Source: Tepidamorphaceae bacterium (lineage in GTDB: Bacteria; Pseudomonadota; Alphaproteobacteria; Rhizobiales; JAKSCL01). From it: a DNA stretch of 64,000 nt. Made by a program: the position numbers and the translations under genes. The notes beneath the pieces are model-generated. The model searched no databases and was not told the DNA's origin. It saw only the letters and a list, made by a program, of their open reading frames with translations. Position 1 is the stretch's first letter, and every line of letters starts with the position of its first letter. The stretch is taken from positions 238,912 through 302,911 of the forward strand of contig JANQPO010000014.1 of the NCBI GenBank assembly GCA_028289445.1. Reading direction: 5' to 3'. This document shows positions 1 through 10,220 of this stretch, piece after piece.

Positions 1-2
1 GC

Positions 3-2453
3 ATTGCCCAAGCCCAAACCATTCGCAGTGTCGCGGTTGAGGGCAATCAGCGCGTCGAAGACGAGACGATCCTGTCCTATGTCGTTCTGCAGCCCGGCGA
101 CCGGTATTCGCCACGGCTTGGCGATGAGTCGTTGAAGGCACTGTTCGAGACGGGCCTCTTCGAAGACGTCAATATCGGCATGCAGGCCTCGACGCTTGTG
201 ATCGTGGTTGTGGAAAACCCGATCGTTAATCGCGTGTCGTTCGAGGGTAATCGTCGCGTAAAGGACAAAGTCCTTGAGGGCGAGGTGCAGTTGACGCAGC
301 GCAGCATCTTCTCGCGCGCCAAGGTTCAGGCCGACACACAACGCATTCTCAACGTTTATCGACGCACCGGTCGTTTCGGCGCGCGTGTCGAACCGAAGAT
401 CATCGAATTGCCGCAAAACCGGATCGATCTGGTCTTTGAGATCGATGAGAACCGGAAGACGGGCGTTTCGCGTATCAGCTTTATCGGCAACCGCGCGTTC
501 GGCGAGGGAACGCTCCGCGAAGTCATCACTACGTCGCAGTCCAATTTCCTATCCTTCATCAAAACGAGCGATGTCTATGATCCTGAACGCCTCCAGGCCG
601 ACCAGGAACTGCTTCGCCGCTTTTATCTGAAGAAGGGCTATGCCGATTTCCGGGTGGTGTCGGCGATTGCCGATTACGATCAGGACAGCAATACGTTCTA
701 CGTGACGTTCTCGCTCTCTGAGGGCGAGAAGTACAAGTTCGGTTCCGTTGAGATTGAATCCGATCTGCCGGACCTCGATCCCGATGTCCTGCGTTCGAAC
801 GTCAGAACGCGCCCCGGCAATACCTACAACGCAGAGCTTGTCGAGCGGACGCTGGAGGCCCTGACCATCGAAGTCGCCTCACGCGGCTATGCGTTCGTGC
901 GGGTTCGCCCGTCGGGCATTCGCAATCCCGAACTCAAGGAAATCGACCTCGTCTACATTATCGAGGAAGGACCAAGGGTTTACATCGAGCGGATCAACAT
1001 TATCGGCAATACGCGCACTTTGGATCGCGTCATTCGCCGCGAGTTCGACCTTGCCGAGGGCGATGCCTATAACGGCGTTTTGATCGAACGCGCCGAGCGG
1101 CGGCTAAATTCGCTCAACTACTTCAAGAGTGTCCGTATCACGCAGTCGCCGGGCTCGACACCGGATCGCGTCATCGTCAATGTCGAAGTCGAAGAGCAAC
1201 CGACCGGAGAACTGTCGGTCGGCGCCGGTTATTCCACGTCGGAAGGCGTCATCGGCGATGTCAGCATCACCGAGCGCAACCTCCTCGGACGCGGCCAGAC
1301 CATTCGGGCGGCCCTTGGTGTCAGTGCCGAAAAGACAACCTTCGACTTCTCCTTCACCGAACCATGGTTCCTTGATCGGCGGGTGTCCATGACGCTCGGT
1401 GCGTTCTATCGCGACATCGATCTGGAAGATGAGTCATCCTATTCTTCGGAACAGCGCGGCGGCTCGGCGCGGTTCGGCTTCTTCCTTGCTGAAGATGTCG
1501 GGTTCCAGGTCGGATACTCGTTCAAGCGCGAAGAGATCACGATCGGCAACGGCCTCAAGCCATCTTATGATTTCGATGGCGATGGGGTGTTCGGCGAAGT
1601 GTCGGACGTTGCCACTGGCGTTGCCGACCAGCAATTCATGAGCGCTGGATCCATCCTTGCCGCTGGCGCGGCCGGCGTCACCATCGTACCGGTCAACGTG
1701 TCGCCCTATATTTTGGACACTGAAGGCGAGACCGACACGTCCACGGTCACCTTCGGCGTTACGCGCAGCACGCTCGATTTCTCGAATGATCCCCGTAATG
1801 GCACATACGGTATCGTCAATCTCGATATCGCCGGCCTCGGTGGCGACAACAACTATGCTCGCGTCACGACGGAAGCGCGCGCCTATCGCGAGGTCTATCC
1901 GGACATCATCGCTCTTGTCCGGCTTCAGGGCGGCGTCATGGGCAGTCTCGATGGCGGCGATGTCAATATCAACGAGACGTTCTTCAAAGGTCCCGACTTG
2001 GTCCGCGGTTTCTCCCGCTCCGGCATCGGACCGCGCGCGCAGCGCCGCCTGGCGGGTACGGACGGCGTACTGTTCACCGCCGATGACGTTCTTTCCGATC
2101 AGGACGCGCTGGGCGGTACGGCCTTCTGGGGCGCGACCGCTGAAGTCCGCTTCCCGATCTACGGCATCCCGCGCAATCTCGGCTTCTCCGGCGCCGTGTT
2201 CGCCGATGCCGGCTCGCTCTTCAATGTCGGCGATTTGGGTCGCCTGCCCACCGTCAACACGGTGACCGCCAACGGTCAAACCGCCGTGGCATGGCGGGTG
2301 TTGGATGATACGTCGATCCGCGCTGCGGCTGGCTTCGGTGTGATCTGGAAATCGCCGTTCGGTCCGCTGCGCGCCGACTTTGCATGGCCGCTTGCGCAAG
2401 AAGACTACGACGATACGCAGGTCTTCCGTTTCTCGGGCGGCACAAGGTTCTAG
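3..2453 (+). CDS. bamA: Outer membrane protein assembly factor BamA (5' end cut by window edge)
   Basis: Frame 3 is open from base 3 (IAQAQTIRSVAVEGNQRVEDETILSY, POTRA-like) and runs into ORF 132..2453. The C-terminal barrel ends in VFRFSGGTRF. It is followed by lpxD-fabZ-lpxA. Confidence 0.9.
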   Translation: MAQAQTIRSVAVEGNQRVEDETILSYVVLQPGDRYSPRLGDESLKALFETGLFEDVNIGMQASTLVIVVVENPIVNRVSFEGNRRVKDKVLEGEVQLTQRSIFSRAKVQADTQRILNVYRRTGRFGARVEPKIIELPQNRIDLVFEIDENRKTGVSRISFIGNRAFGEGTLREVITTSQSNFLSFIKTSDVYDPERLQADQELLRRFYLKKGYADFRVVSAIADYDQDSNTFYVTFSLSEGEKYKFGSVEIESDLPDLDPDVLRSNVRTRPGNTYNAELVERTLEALTIEVASRGYAFVRVRPSGIRNPELKEIDLVYIIEEGPRVYIERINIIGNTRTLDRVIRREFDLAEGDAYNGVLIERAERRLNSLNYFKSVRITQSPGSTPDRVIVNVEVEEQPTGELSVGAGYSTSEGVIGDVSITERNLLGRGQTIRAALGVSAEKTTFDFSFTEPWFLDRRVSMTLGAFYRDIDLEDESSYSSEQRGGSARFGFFLAEDVGFQVGYSFKREEITIGNGLKPSYDFDGDGVFGEVSDVATGVADQQFMSAGSILAAGAAGVTIVPVNVSPYILDTEGETDTSTVTFGVTRSTLDFSNDPRNGTYGIVNLDIAGLGGDNNYARVTTEARAYREVYPDIIALVRLQGGVMGSLDGGDVNINETFFKGPDLVRGFSRSGIGPRAQRRLAGTDGVLFTADDVLSDQDALGGTAFWGATAEVRFPIYGIPRNLGFSGAVFADAGSLFNVGDLGRLPTVNTVTANGQTAVAWRVLDDTSIRAAAGFGVIWKSPFGPLRADFAWPLAQEDYDDTQVFRFSGGTRF

Positions 2454-2544
2454 AATCCGGTCGTTCAGCCGCCGCGTCGGGAGTTGAGATGGTGCCCGGA
2501 TTGTGGGAAACCGGGCACATTCGCATTGTTTTGTGACTCCATTG

Positions 2545-3585
2545 ATGCCCGATCCTGTTTTTTTCCCGATTGCCGAGACACCGACCGCGTCTGAGATCGC
2601 GGAGTGGACAGGTGGCACTGTGGTCGATGGCGGCGATCCGGCTCAACGGGTTACCGGCGTCGCACCGCTTGAACGGGCCGGCCCTGGCGATCTGTCGTTT
2701 CTCGATAATCCGCGCTACCGCGCCGCACTGGAGGCGACCAGGGCCAGCGTCTGCCTCGTCGCGACTGATGTGACGGTCACACCGCCTGACACCGTCACCG
2801 TCATCGCGGTTGACGATCCCTATACGGCCTATGCCGATGTCCTTCGCCGTCTTTTTCCAACCGCCATCGGGAACGCTTTTTATGACCGCGCCGGCGCGGT
2901 TTCAGGCAACGCGGACGTCCACTCGGACGCGCAGCTTGAAGACGGTGTGAGCGTTGAGCCGGGTACCGTTGTCGGTGCCGGCGCCCGGATCGGCCGGGGA
3001 ACGCGTATCGGCGCCAACGCGGTGATCGGCGCCGGTGTCCACGTTGGCCGTGATTGTACGATTTCTGCGAACGTCACCGTTCAGGCTGCGCTCATCGGTA
3101 ACGGTGTCATCATCCACCCCGGTGTTCAGATCGGTCAGGACGGATTCGGTTTCGCGATGGGCAAGGCGGGCCATGCCAAAGTGCCGCAGATCGGTCGCGT
3201 GGTCATTCAAGACGACGTGGAAATCGGCAGCAACTGCACCATCGATCGCGGCGCCAACCGCGATACGGTCATCGGCGAGGGCACCAAGATCGACAATTTG
3301 TGCCAGATCGCCCACAACGTTGAGATCGGCCGGCATTGCGTAATCGTCGCCCAAACGGGCATTTCAGGCAGTGCTAAGCTTGGCGATTTTGTTGCGCTGG
3401 GCGGGCAGGTGGGTGTCATTGGCCATGTGACAATTGGCGACGGCGCGCAGATCGCCGCGACCAGCAATGTTAACAGCGATGTGCCACCGGGCGCGCGCTG
3501 GGGCGGGACACCGGCCAAGCCGGTTCGGCAGTGGTTCCGCGAGGTGACCGCGCTACGCCGGCTGGGCGAGGGGAAGTTGCCGTGA
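2545..3585 (+). CDS. lpxD: UDP-3-O-acylglucosamine N-acyltransferase
   Basis: Hexapeptide-repeat (left-handed beta-helix) protein in the bamA-lpxD-fabZ-lpxA context. I chose the ATG at 2545 (MPDPVFFPI) over the ORF-track start at 2503. Confidence 0.85.
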   Translation: MPDPVFFPIAETPTASEIAEWTGGTVVDGGDPAQRVTGVAPLERAGPGDLSFLDNPRYRAALEATRASVCLVATDVTVTPPDTVTVIAVDDPYTAYADVLRRLFPTAIGNAFYDRAGAVSGNADVHSDAQLEDGVSVEPGTVVGAGARIGRGTRIGANAVIGAGVHVGRDCTISANVTVQAALIGNGVIIHPGVQIGQDGFGFAMGKAGHAKVPQIGRVVIQDDVEIGSNCTIDRGANRDTVIGEGTKIDNLCQIAHNVEIGRHCVIVAQTGISGSAKLGDFVALGGQVGVIGHVTIGDGAQIAATSNVNSDVPPGARWGGTPAKPVRQWFREVTALRRLGEGKLP

Positions 3586-3651
3586 CCGGAGCAAAACAAC
3601 ACACCGATACGGCCGGTTCGAACGGCCACGGTTGTCGGGAGGAAAGTCGTC

Positions 3652-4131
3652 ATGCCGGATGACCAGCACGACACGCGATCACTAGGAACCGCCGATCTGG
3701 CGCGTATCATGGAGGTGCTGCCGCACCGCTATCCGTTCCTCATGGTCGACAAGATCATTGAAATGGACGGCGATCGGTCGTGTATCGGGATCAAAAACGT
3801 CACCTACAACGAGCCCCATTTTCAGGGCCATTTCCCGGATGAGCCGATCATGCCCGGCGTCCTTTTGGTGGAGGCCATGGCACAGACGGCCGGGGCGCTC
3901 TGCATCATGGCCGAGGGCGATGGGGCTCCGAAACTGGTCTACTTCATGACGATCGATAAATGTCGCTTCCGCAAGCCCGTTCGACCGGGTGATCGGGTGG
4001 AATTTCACATGCAGCAGATCCGCCGGCGCGGCAATATTTGGAAGTTCCAGGGCAAGGCGAAAGTCGAAGGTGCCGTCTGCGCTGAAGCCGAAGTCAGCGC
4101 AATGATGATCCTGTCGAGTGACGCGCCGTGA
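3652..4131 (+). CDS. fabZ: 3-hydroxyacyl-ACP dehydratase FabZ
   Basis: [13 protein letters not shown] and HFQGHFP hot-dog fold motifs. Overlaps lpxA by 4 nt. Confidence 0.93.
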   Translation: MPDDQHDTRSLGTADLARIMEVLPHRYPFLMVDKIIEMDGDRSCIGIKNVTYNEPHFQGHFPDEPIMPGVLLVEAMAQTAGALCIMAEGDGAPKLVYFMTIDKCRFRKPVRPGDRVEFHMQQIRRRGNIWKFQGKAKVEGAVCAEAEVSAMMILSSDAP

Positions 4132-4928
4132 CAACCATCCACCCCACGGCCATCATCGAGGATGGCGCGACGCTCGGAGCGGATGTCGAGATCGGACCCT
4201 ACGCCGTCATCGGCGGCCGGGTGACAATCGGCGACGGCTCAGTTATCCGGTCACACGCCGTCATTGGCGGTTGGACGGATCTGGGTGCCGAAGTCCAGGT
4301 CTTTCCATTTGCGTCCGTTGGTCTCGTCCCGCAGGACCTCAAATATGGCGGCGAGGACAGCCGCCTTGTTGTAGGTGCGCGCACGGTCATCCGCGAGCAT
4401 GTCACGATGAATCCGGGAACCGAAGGCGGCGGTTTGGTGACACGTGTGGGCGAGGGATGCCTGTTCATGGCCGGCGCCCATGTCGCGCATGATTGCCAAA
4501 TTGGCAACAATGTGGTTTTCGCCAACAACGCGACGGTTGCTGGCCATTGCCAGATCGACGATCACGTCATCTTGGGCGGTCTGTCGGCCGTGCACCAATT
4601 CGTGCGTATCGGCAAAAACGCTTTCATCGGCGGGATGACCGGCATTGAATACGACGTCATTCCATTCGGCATGGCGATTGGCAATCGCGCCAATCTGGGC
4701 GGTTTGAACCTGATCGGCCTGAAGCGCCACGGTTATCCCCGTGAACAGATCCACGCGCTTCGCAATGCCTACAAACAACTGTTCACCGAGGACGGCACGT
4801 TGAAGGACCGCGTCGAGGCGATCGCCGAGACCTTTGCCGGCGAACCGCTGGTTGAGACGGTCGTCGACTTCATTCGCGGGAACTCAGACCGATCTTATTG
4901 CGTGCCGCGGGGAGGCGAAGCGGGGTAG
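4128..4928 (+). CDS. lpxA: Acyl-ACP--UDP-N-acetylglucosamine O-acyltransferase
   Basis: Hexapeptide repeats and [11 protein letters not shown] at the N-terminus. GTG start overlaps the fabZ stop. Confidence 0.92.
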   Translation: MTTIHPTAIIEDGATLGADVEIGPYAVIGGRVTIGDGSVIRSHAVIGGWTDLGAEVQVFPFASVGLVPQDLKYGGEDSRLVVGARTVIREHVTMNPGTEGGGLVTRVGEGCLFMAGAHVAHDCQIGNNVVFANNATVAGHCQIDDHVILGGLSAVHQFVRIGKNAFIGGMTGIEYDVIPFGMAIGNRANLGGLNLIGLKRHGYPREQIHALRNAYKQLFTEDGTLKDRVEAIAETFAGEPLVETVVDFIRGNSDRSYCVPRGGEAG

Positions 4929-4935
4929 ACTTGTC

Positions 4936-5799
4936 GTGTCGACACCGCCCTTAGCATCGGACTTAGCGCCGCTCGGCATCGTCGCCGGGGCCGGAACCCT
5001 GCCGTTCGAAGTTGCCGAGGCCGTGCGCGCGACGGGTCGACCCGTCTATATTCTGGGCATTGAGGGCTTTGCGTCCGACGCGATAAAGGCCTGGCCGCAC
5101 GGGATGTTTCGGCTGGGAACCATTGCTGCGCCCATCCGTCTCCTGCGCGATGCGAAGTGCACCGATCTGGTTCTGACGGGGCGGGTCGAGCGACCGAACC
5201 TCACCAATCTGCGCGTCGACGGCAAAGCGATCACGACGTTGCCGAAGATACTGGCCGTTATGACCAGGGGTGGCGACGACACAATGCTCAGTGGTCTGAT
5301 TGACCTGATCGAGGACGAGGGCTTTCGTGTTGTCGGCATTCCGCAGATTGCGCCAGCTTTGGTCGCCGGAACCGCGCGGATCGGTGCGCGTGAGCCCTCG
5401 AAAACCGATCTGGCGGACATGGACATCGGCTTCCAGGCCCTCAAACATATGGGGCCGCTGGATATCGGACAGGCGGTTGTCGTGATCGATCAGCGAATTG
5501 TCGCGGTCGAAGCGGCGGAGGGCACGGACGCCATGGTCCGCCGGGTCGTCGATTTGCGTGCGGTCGGCCGGGTACGTGGCAAGCCGGGTACGGGCGTGCT
5601 TGTGAAGGCCCCGAAACCTGACCAAGACTTGAGGATTGATATGCCGGTGATTGGGCCGGAAACGGCGCGTGCCGTGTCGGATGCCGGGCTGGCCGGCATT
5701 GGAATTGAGGCCGACGGCGTGTTGATTGCCGGGCGCGAGGCTCTTGAGAAGGAGATCGGCGATAGCGGTCTCTTCCTCGTTGGGCGGGCTAAGGCATGA
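4936..5799 (+). CDS. lpxI: UDP-2,3-diacylglucosamine diphosphatase LpxI (DUF1009 family)
   Basis: Sits between lpxA and lpxB, as is typical for Alphaproteobacteria. LGIVAGAGTLPFEVAEA at the N-terminus. GTG at 4936 is the first plausible start after the lpxA stop. Confidence 0.8.
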   Translation: MSTPPLASDLAPLGIVAGAGTLPFEVAEAVRATGRPVYILGIEGFASDAIKAWPHGMFRLGTIAAPIRLLRDAKCTDLVLTGRVERPNLTNLRVDGKAITTLPKILAVMTRGGDDTMLSGLIDLIEDEGFRVVGIPQIAPALVAGTARIGAREPSKTDLADMDIGFQALKHMGPLDIGQAVVVIDQRIVAVEAAEGTDAMVRRVVDLRAVGRVRGKPGTGVLVKAPKPDQDLRIDMPVIGPETARAVSDAGLAGIGIEADGVLIAGREALEKEIGDSGLFLVGRAKA

Positions 5800-6971
5800 C
5801 GGCGACGGCCAAGCGCATTTACATCATCGCCGGCGAGGACTCCGGAGACGCGCTGGGTGCGGCTCTCATTGAAGCCTTGCGGCAGCATGCGCCTGAACCT
5901 TTGGATCTCGCCGGCCTCGGCGGTTGGCACATGCACGAACAAGGCATCGTTTCGCCATTTCCGCTCGACGAAGTCGCCGTCATGGGCGTCATCGCGATCG
6001 CGCAGCAATTGCCATCGCTCATTCGTCGCGCCTATCAGGTGATCGACGATGCAATTGCCTTCAAGCCGGACCTTATCGTCATTATCGACAGTCCCGAATT
6101 TACGCACCCGATCGCCAGGCGCCTTCGAAAGCGGCTGCCGGGCGTTCCGATCCTCGACTATGTTTCGCCGTCGGTTTGGGCTTGGCGATCCTGGCGTGCG
6201 CGCAGGATGCGTGCCTACATCGACGAGGTGCTCGGTCTTCTTCCCTTCGAGCCACAGGCCTATCGCGATCTGCGTGGCCCGCCCTGTACCTATGTCGGTC
6301 ACCCTTTGATTGAAGCGCTTGACCGGTTGCGCGGCCATGCTCCACCGAAACGCGAAGCCGGCCCCAATATCGAGTCGAAGACCGTGCTTATCCTCCCCGG
6401 AAGCCGCCGGTCCGAAGTGACACGGCTGATGCCGATCTTTCGCGAGGCCGTCGAAAGCCTCGCCGCCGCCGATCCGGGTTTGCGTTTCGTCATCGGCGCT
6501 GCCGATGACCTAACGGCCCTGGTGTCCGCGCTGACGGCTGAATGGGATATCGCGACGGAGGTCGTGACGGGACGTGATGCGCGCGAAGCGGCGATGCGCA
6601 AGGCGCGTGTGGCGATCGCGGCGTCTGGTACGGTGACGCTTGAATTGGCGCTGGCGCGCGTTCCCATGGTCGTGTGTTACCGGCTCGATTGGATCGCCGC
6701 CCGGTTTCGTTTCCTCGTCAGGTTACATTCCGTCGTGCTGCCGAACCTGATCGACGGCGGGAATGACATCCCCGAGCTGATCCACTCGGATTGTACCGTG
6801 GAGAACATCGTCAAAACCGCGCAACCGCTGATCGCCGGCGGGGCGGAACGAGACCGGCAGATGACCGCGTTCGATCGGGTGGCCGAGGTTATGAAGCCCG
6901 ATGGCCCGCCGCCCAGCGCACGCGCTGCGGCGCGCGTGCTTCATCATTTGTTCGGCGAAGCAGCGGCCTGA
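5796..6971 (+). CDS. lpxB: Lipid-A-disaccharide synthase
   Basis: IYIIAGEDSGDALGAALI N-terminus. Overlaps lpxI by 4 nt. Confidence 0.92.
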   Translation: MTATAKRIYIIAGEDSGDALGAALIEALRQHAPEPLDLAGLGGWHMHEQGIVSPFPLDEVAVMGVIAIAQQLPSLIRRAYQVIDDAIAFKPDLIVIIDSPEFTHPIARRLRKRLPGVPILDYVSPSVWAWRSWRARRMRAYIDEVLGLLPFEPQAYRDLRGPPCTYVGHPLIEALDRLRGHAPPKREAGPNIESKTVLILPGSRRSEVTRLMPIFREAVESLAAADPGLRFVIGAADDLTALVSALTAEWDIATEVVTGRDAREAAMRKARVAIAASGTVTLELALARVPMVVCYRLDWIAARFRFLVRLHSVVLPNLIDGGNDIPELIHSDCTVENIVKTAQPLIAGGAERDRQMTAFDRVAEVMKPDGPPPSARAAARVLHHLFGEAAA

Positions 6972-8261
6972 CTAGCGCTGCGATAGCGGCACGTAGTTGC
7001 GCTCTGTCTCGCCGACATAAAGCTGGCGGGGCCGACCGATCTTTTGACGCGGGTCTTCGATCATTTCCTTCCACTGGGCGATCCAGCCAACGGTGCGCGC
7101 AAGCGAGAACAGCACCGTGAACATGGTCGTCGGGAAGCCAAGCGCTTTCAACGTGATGCCCGAATAGAAGTCGACATTGGGATAGAGGCGCTTTTCGACG
7201 AAGTACTCGTCCTCAAGAGCAATACGCTCCAGTTCCATGGCGACTTCGAGCAGCGGGTCGTCCTTGATCCCCAGCTCGTCCAAGACCTCGTGGCAGGTCT
7301 CCTGCATGATCTTGGCGCGCGGATCGTAGCTCTTGTAGACGCGATGTCCGAAGCCCATAAGGCGGAAGGGGTCGTCGCGATCCTTCGCCCGGCGGACATA
7401 TTCTGGGATGTTGTCAACTGTGCCGATCTCATCGAGCATGTTGAGCGCGGCTTCATTGGCGCCGCCGTGGGCCGGCCCCCACAAACAGGCAATGCCGGCG
7501 GCAATGCAGGCAAAGGGATTGGCGCCCGATGATCCGGCAAGCCGCACCGTCGACGTGGAGGCATTTTGCTCATGGTCGGCATGGAGGATGAAGATCCTGT
7601 CCATGGCCTTGGCGAAGGTCTTAGAGACCTTGTACTCCTCCGCCGGCACGGCAAAGCACATGTGCAGGAAGTTGGACGCGTAGCCCAGATCATTGCGTGG
7701 ATAAACGAACGGCTGGCCGATCGAGTATTTGTAGGCCATCGCTGCGATCGTCGGCATTTTGGCGATCATGCGCAGCGAGGCGACCATGCGCTGGTGCGGG
7801 TCCGAAATGTCGGTCGAGTCGTGGTAGAACGCCGACAGGGCGCCGACAACGCCGACCATGATCGCCATGGGGTGCGCATCGCGGCGGAAACCGGTGAAGA
7901 ACCGCATCATCTGCTCGTGCAGCATGGTGTGGTAGGTCACGCGGTGGTCGAAGTCTTCCTTCTGCGCCTTTGTCGGCAGTTCGCCGTAAAGCAGCAAATA
8001 GCAGGTTTCCAGAAAGTCTCCGTCCTTCGCCAATTGCTCGATCGGATAGCCGCGATAAAGCAGAACACCCTCATCACCATCGATATAGGTGATGGCCGAC
8101 TCGCAACTTGCGGTCGAAGTGAAACCAGGATCGTAGGTGAAGGCGCCAGACTCGCCGTATAACGCTTGGATGTCTATGACATCGGGTCCAATCGATCCGC
8201 CATGGACCGGAAATTCAACGGATTTGTTGTCGTAGGTCAGCGTCGCGGTCTTGGTGCTCAT
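6972..8261 (-). CDS. gltA: Citrate synthase (type II)
   Basis: 429 aa with [14 protein letters not shown] and [11 protein letters not shown] motifs. Its stop abuts the lpxB stop with no intergenic base. Confidence 0.95.
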   Translation of the reverse strand: MSTKTATLTYDNKSVEFPVHGGSIGPDVIDIQALYGESGAFTYDPGFTSTASCESAITYIDGDEGVLLYRGYPIEQLAKDGDFLETCYLLLYGELPTKAQKEDFDHRVTYHTMLHEQMMRFFTGFRRDAHPMAIMVGVVGALSAFYHDSTDISDPHQRMVASLRMIAKMPTIAAMAYKYSIGQPFVYPRNDLGYASNFLHMCFAVPAEEYKVSKTFAKAMDRIFILHADHEQNASTSTVRLAGSSGANPFACIAAGIACLWGPAHGGANEAALNMLDEIGTVDNIPEYVRRAKDRDDPFRLMGFGHRVYKSYDPRAKIMQETCHEVLDELGIKDDPLLEVAMELERIALEDEYFVEKRLYPNVDFYSGITLKALGFPTTMFTVLFSLARTVGWIAQWKEMIEDPRQKIGRPRQLYVGETERNYVPLSQR

Positions 8262-8441
8262 TCAAACCTCACGATTTCTTTGAAGGCCCGCGGGAACAGT
8301 GGCCGATTTGAGGGGCGCCGAAACTGGGCGTCAAATAAGCCAGGGCCTGGATGGGGTCCGCGGTTGGTGGCAGAGAATTATCCGATTTGCCGGCCTGTCG
8401 CAAGCCGCGGGCGGTCGCGCTTTAGTTGTAGATGGCCTTTG

Positions 8442-9860
8442 CTAGTTTGCCTGATCGGCCAATCGGGCAAGGCTTTCCTCGCGACCGAGCGATACAAGAA
8501 CATCGAAAATGCCAGGCGAGGTGGTTCGGCCGGTCAGAGCGGCCCGCATCGGCTGTGCGACCTTGCCGAGCTTCACGTCCTCGGACTCCGAAAACGCCCG
8601 CACGGCGGCATCGAGAGCCTCAGCGGTCCACGGGTCGATACCCGACAAGGCCGCATGAAGGCGCGAGAGGCGACCGCGTGAGTCCTCGTCCAAGAGCTTT
8701 TGTGCCTTTTCCTCCATATCGAGGGGGCGTTCGGCGAATAAATAAGATGCATTTTCAATGAGTTCTATCAATGTTTTTGCCCGCTCTTTGAGGCCAGGCA
8801 TGGCCTCTAGCAGCCGAGCCATATCGTCGTCCGTCATTGGCGAGGGCAACAGGTCGTCGGAGGCGATATCCGGGGCGAGATCGGCGATTCGGGCCACGAG
8901 ATCGGCATCGTCGGCCGAGCGGATGTAGTGGCCGTTAAGGTTCTCCAGCTTGGCGAAATCGAAACGCGCGGCGGATTTGCCCATGCCATCGAAGCCGAAC
9001 CAGGCAATCGCCTGTTGCGTTGAGAAGATCTCGTCATCGCCATGCGCCCAACCAAGGCGTGCCAAATAATTGCGCATGGCCTCCGACAGGTAGCCCATGG
9101 CGCGATAGGCATCGACGCCGAGAGCGCCGTGGCGTTTGGACAGTTTCGCACCGTCGGGCCCGTGGATAAGCGGGATATGCGCCATGACGGGCACGGTCCA
9201 CCCAAGGGCCTCATAGATCAGCGTTTGGCGCGCCGCATTCGTCAAATGGTCATCGCCGCGAATGATGTGGGTCACTTCCATGTCGTGATCGTCGACGACC
9301 ACAGAGAGCATATAGGTCGGCGTCCCGTTCGAACGCAAAAGAACAAAATCGTCCAAATCTTTGTTCGGAAAACGGATTTCACCCTGAACCTTGTCGTCTA
9401 AAGCCGTTTCGCCGTCCAAAGGTGCCTTGATGCGGATGACGGGATCGACGCCGGCCGGCGCCTCGGCCGGATCGCGGTCGCGCCAACGCCCGTCATAGCG
9501 CGGGGGACGCTTTTCGCGCTGCGCCGTCTCGCGCATTTCGGCGAGGTCTTCCGGCGATGCGTAACAGTGATAGGCCTTGCCGCTGGCGACCAGGGCTTCG
9601 GCGATCTCGCGGTGGCGGTCCGCGCGGGCGAACTGGTGCACGGCGTCACCGTCCCAGGTCAGTCCCAGCCAGGTCAGGCCGTCGGTGATGGCGGCGACCG
9701 CCTCGTCCGTTGAGCGCGCGCGGTCGGTATCCTCGATGCGCAGGAGCATCTTGCCGCCATTGGCGCGCGCGAAGAGCCAGTTGAACAGCGCCGTGCGGGC
9801 GCCGCCGATATGCAGATACCCCGTCGGCGACGGGGCAAAACGGGTTACGACCGCGGCCAT
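8442..9860 (-). CDS. gltX: Glutamate--tRNA ligase
   Basis: [18 protein letters not shown] (HIGH) and KLSKRHG (KMSKS) motifs. Confidence 0.95.
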   Translation of the reverse strand: MAAVVTRFAPSPTGYLHIGGARTALFNWLFARANGGKMLLRIEDTDRARSTDEAVAAITDGLTWLGLTWDGDAVHQFARADRHREIAEALVASGKAYHCYASPEDLAEMRETAQREKRPPRYDGRWRDRDPAEAPAGVDPVIRIKAPLDGETALDDKVQGEIRFPNKDLDDFVLLRSNGTPTYMLSVVVDDHDMEVTHIIRGDDHLTNAARQTLIYEALGWTVPVMAHIPLIHGPDGAKLSKRHGALGVDAYRAMGYLSEAMRNYLARLGWAHGDDEIFSTQQAIAWFGFDGMGKSAARFDFAKLENLNGHYIRSADDADLVARIADLAPDIASDDLLPSPMTDDDMARLLEAMPGLKERAKTLIELIENASYLFAERPLDMEEKAQKLLDEDSRGRLSRLHAALSGIDPWTAEALDAAVRAFSESEDVKLGKVAQPMRAALTGRTTSPGIFDVLVSLGREESLARLADQAN

Positions 9861-10220
9861 TCAGCGGCTCTCCTTCTCGGCATGATGACGGTTTGCGATT
9901 GGCGTTGAGCCGCATAGCATAGGTGACCTGCCGGAGTAAGGGGGCGCTAGGGCCTGTTGCGTATCACCGCGCGGGCTGCGCCGCAGGCAAAATCCGCCAG
10001 GTCAAGAAGCGAGGACGCTGGACATGCCTAAGCATATTCGAGGACGAGCGACGTCGAGATGGCGGATTTGGGCGCGGCCCTTCGGGTTGGGCCAAAATCG
10101 CCCGCAAAGGCGTCGAAAATGCTCGAAAGTGGGCCCACACTGCCTTGCGCTTTTCTCCTGTTTGCGAACGATTTTGGACACCAACGCAGCCTTGCGTGCT
10201 AATGCGCAATAGGCCCTGAA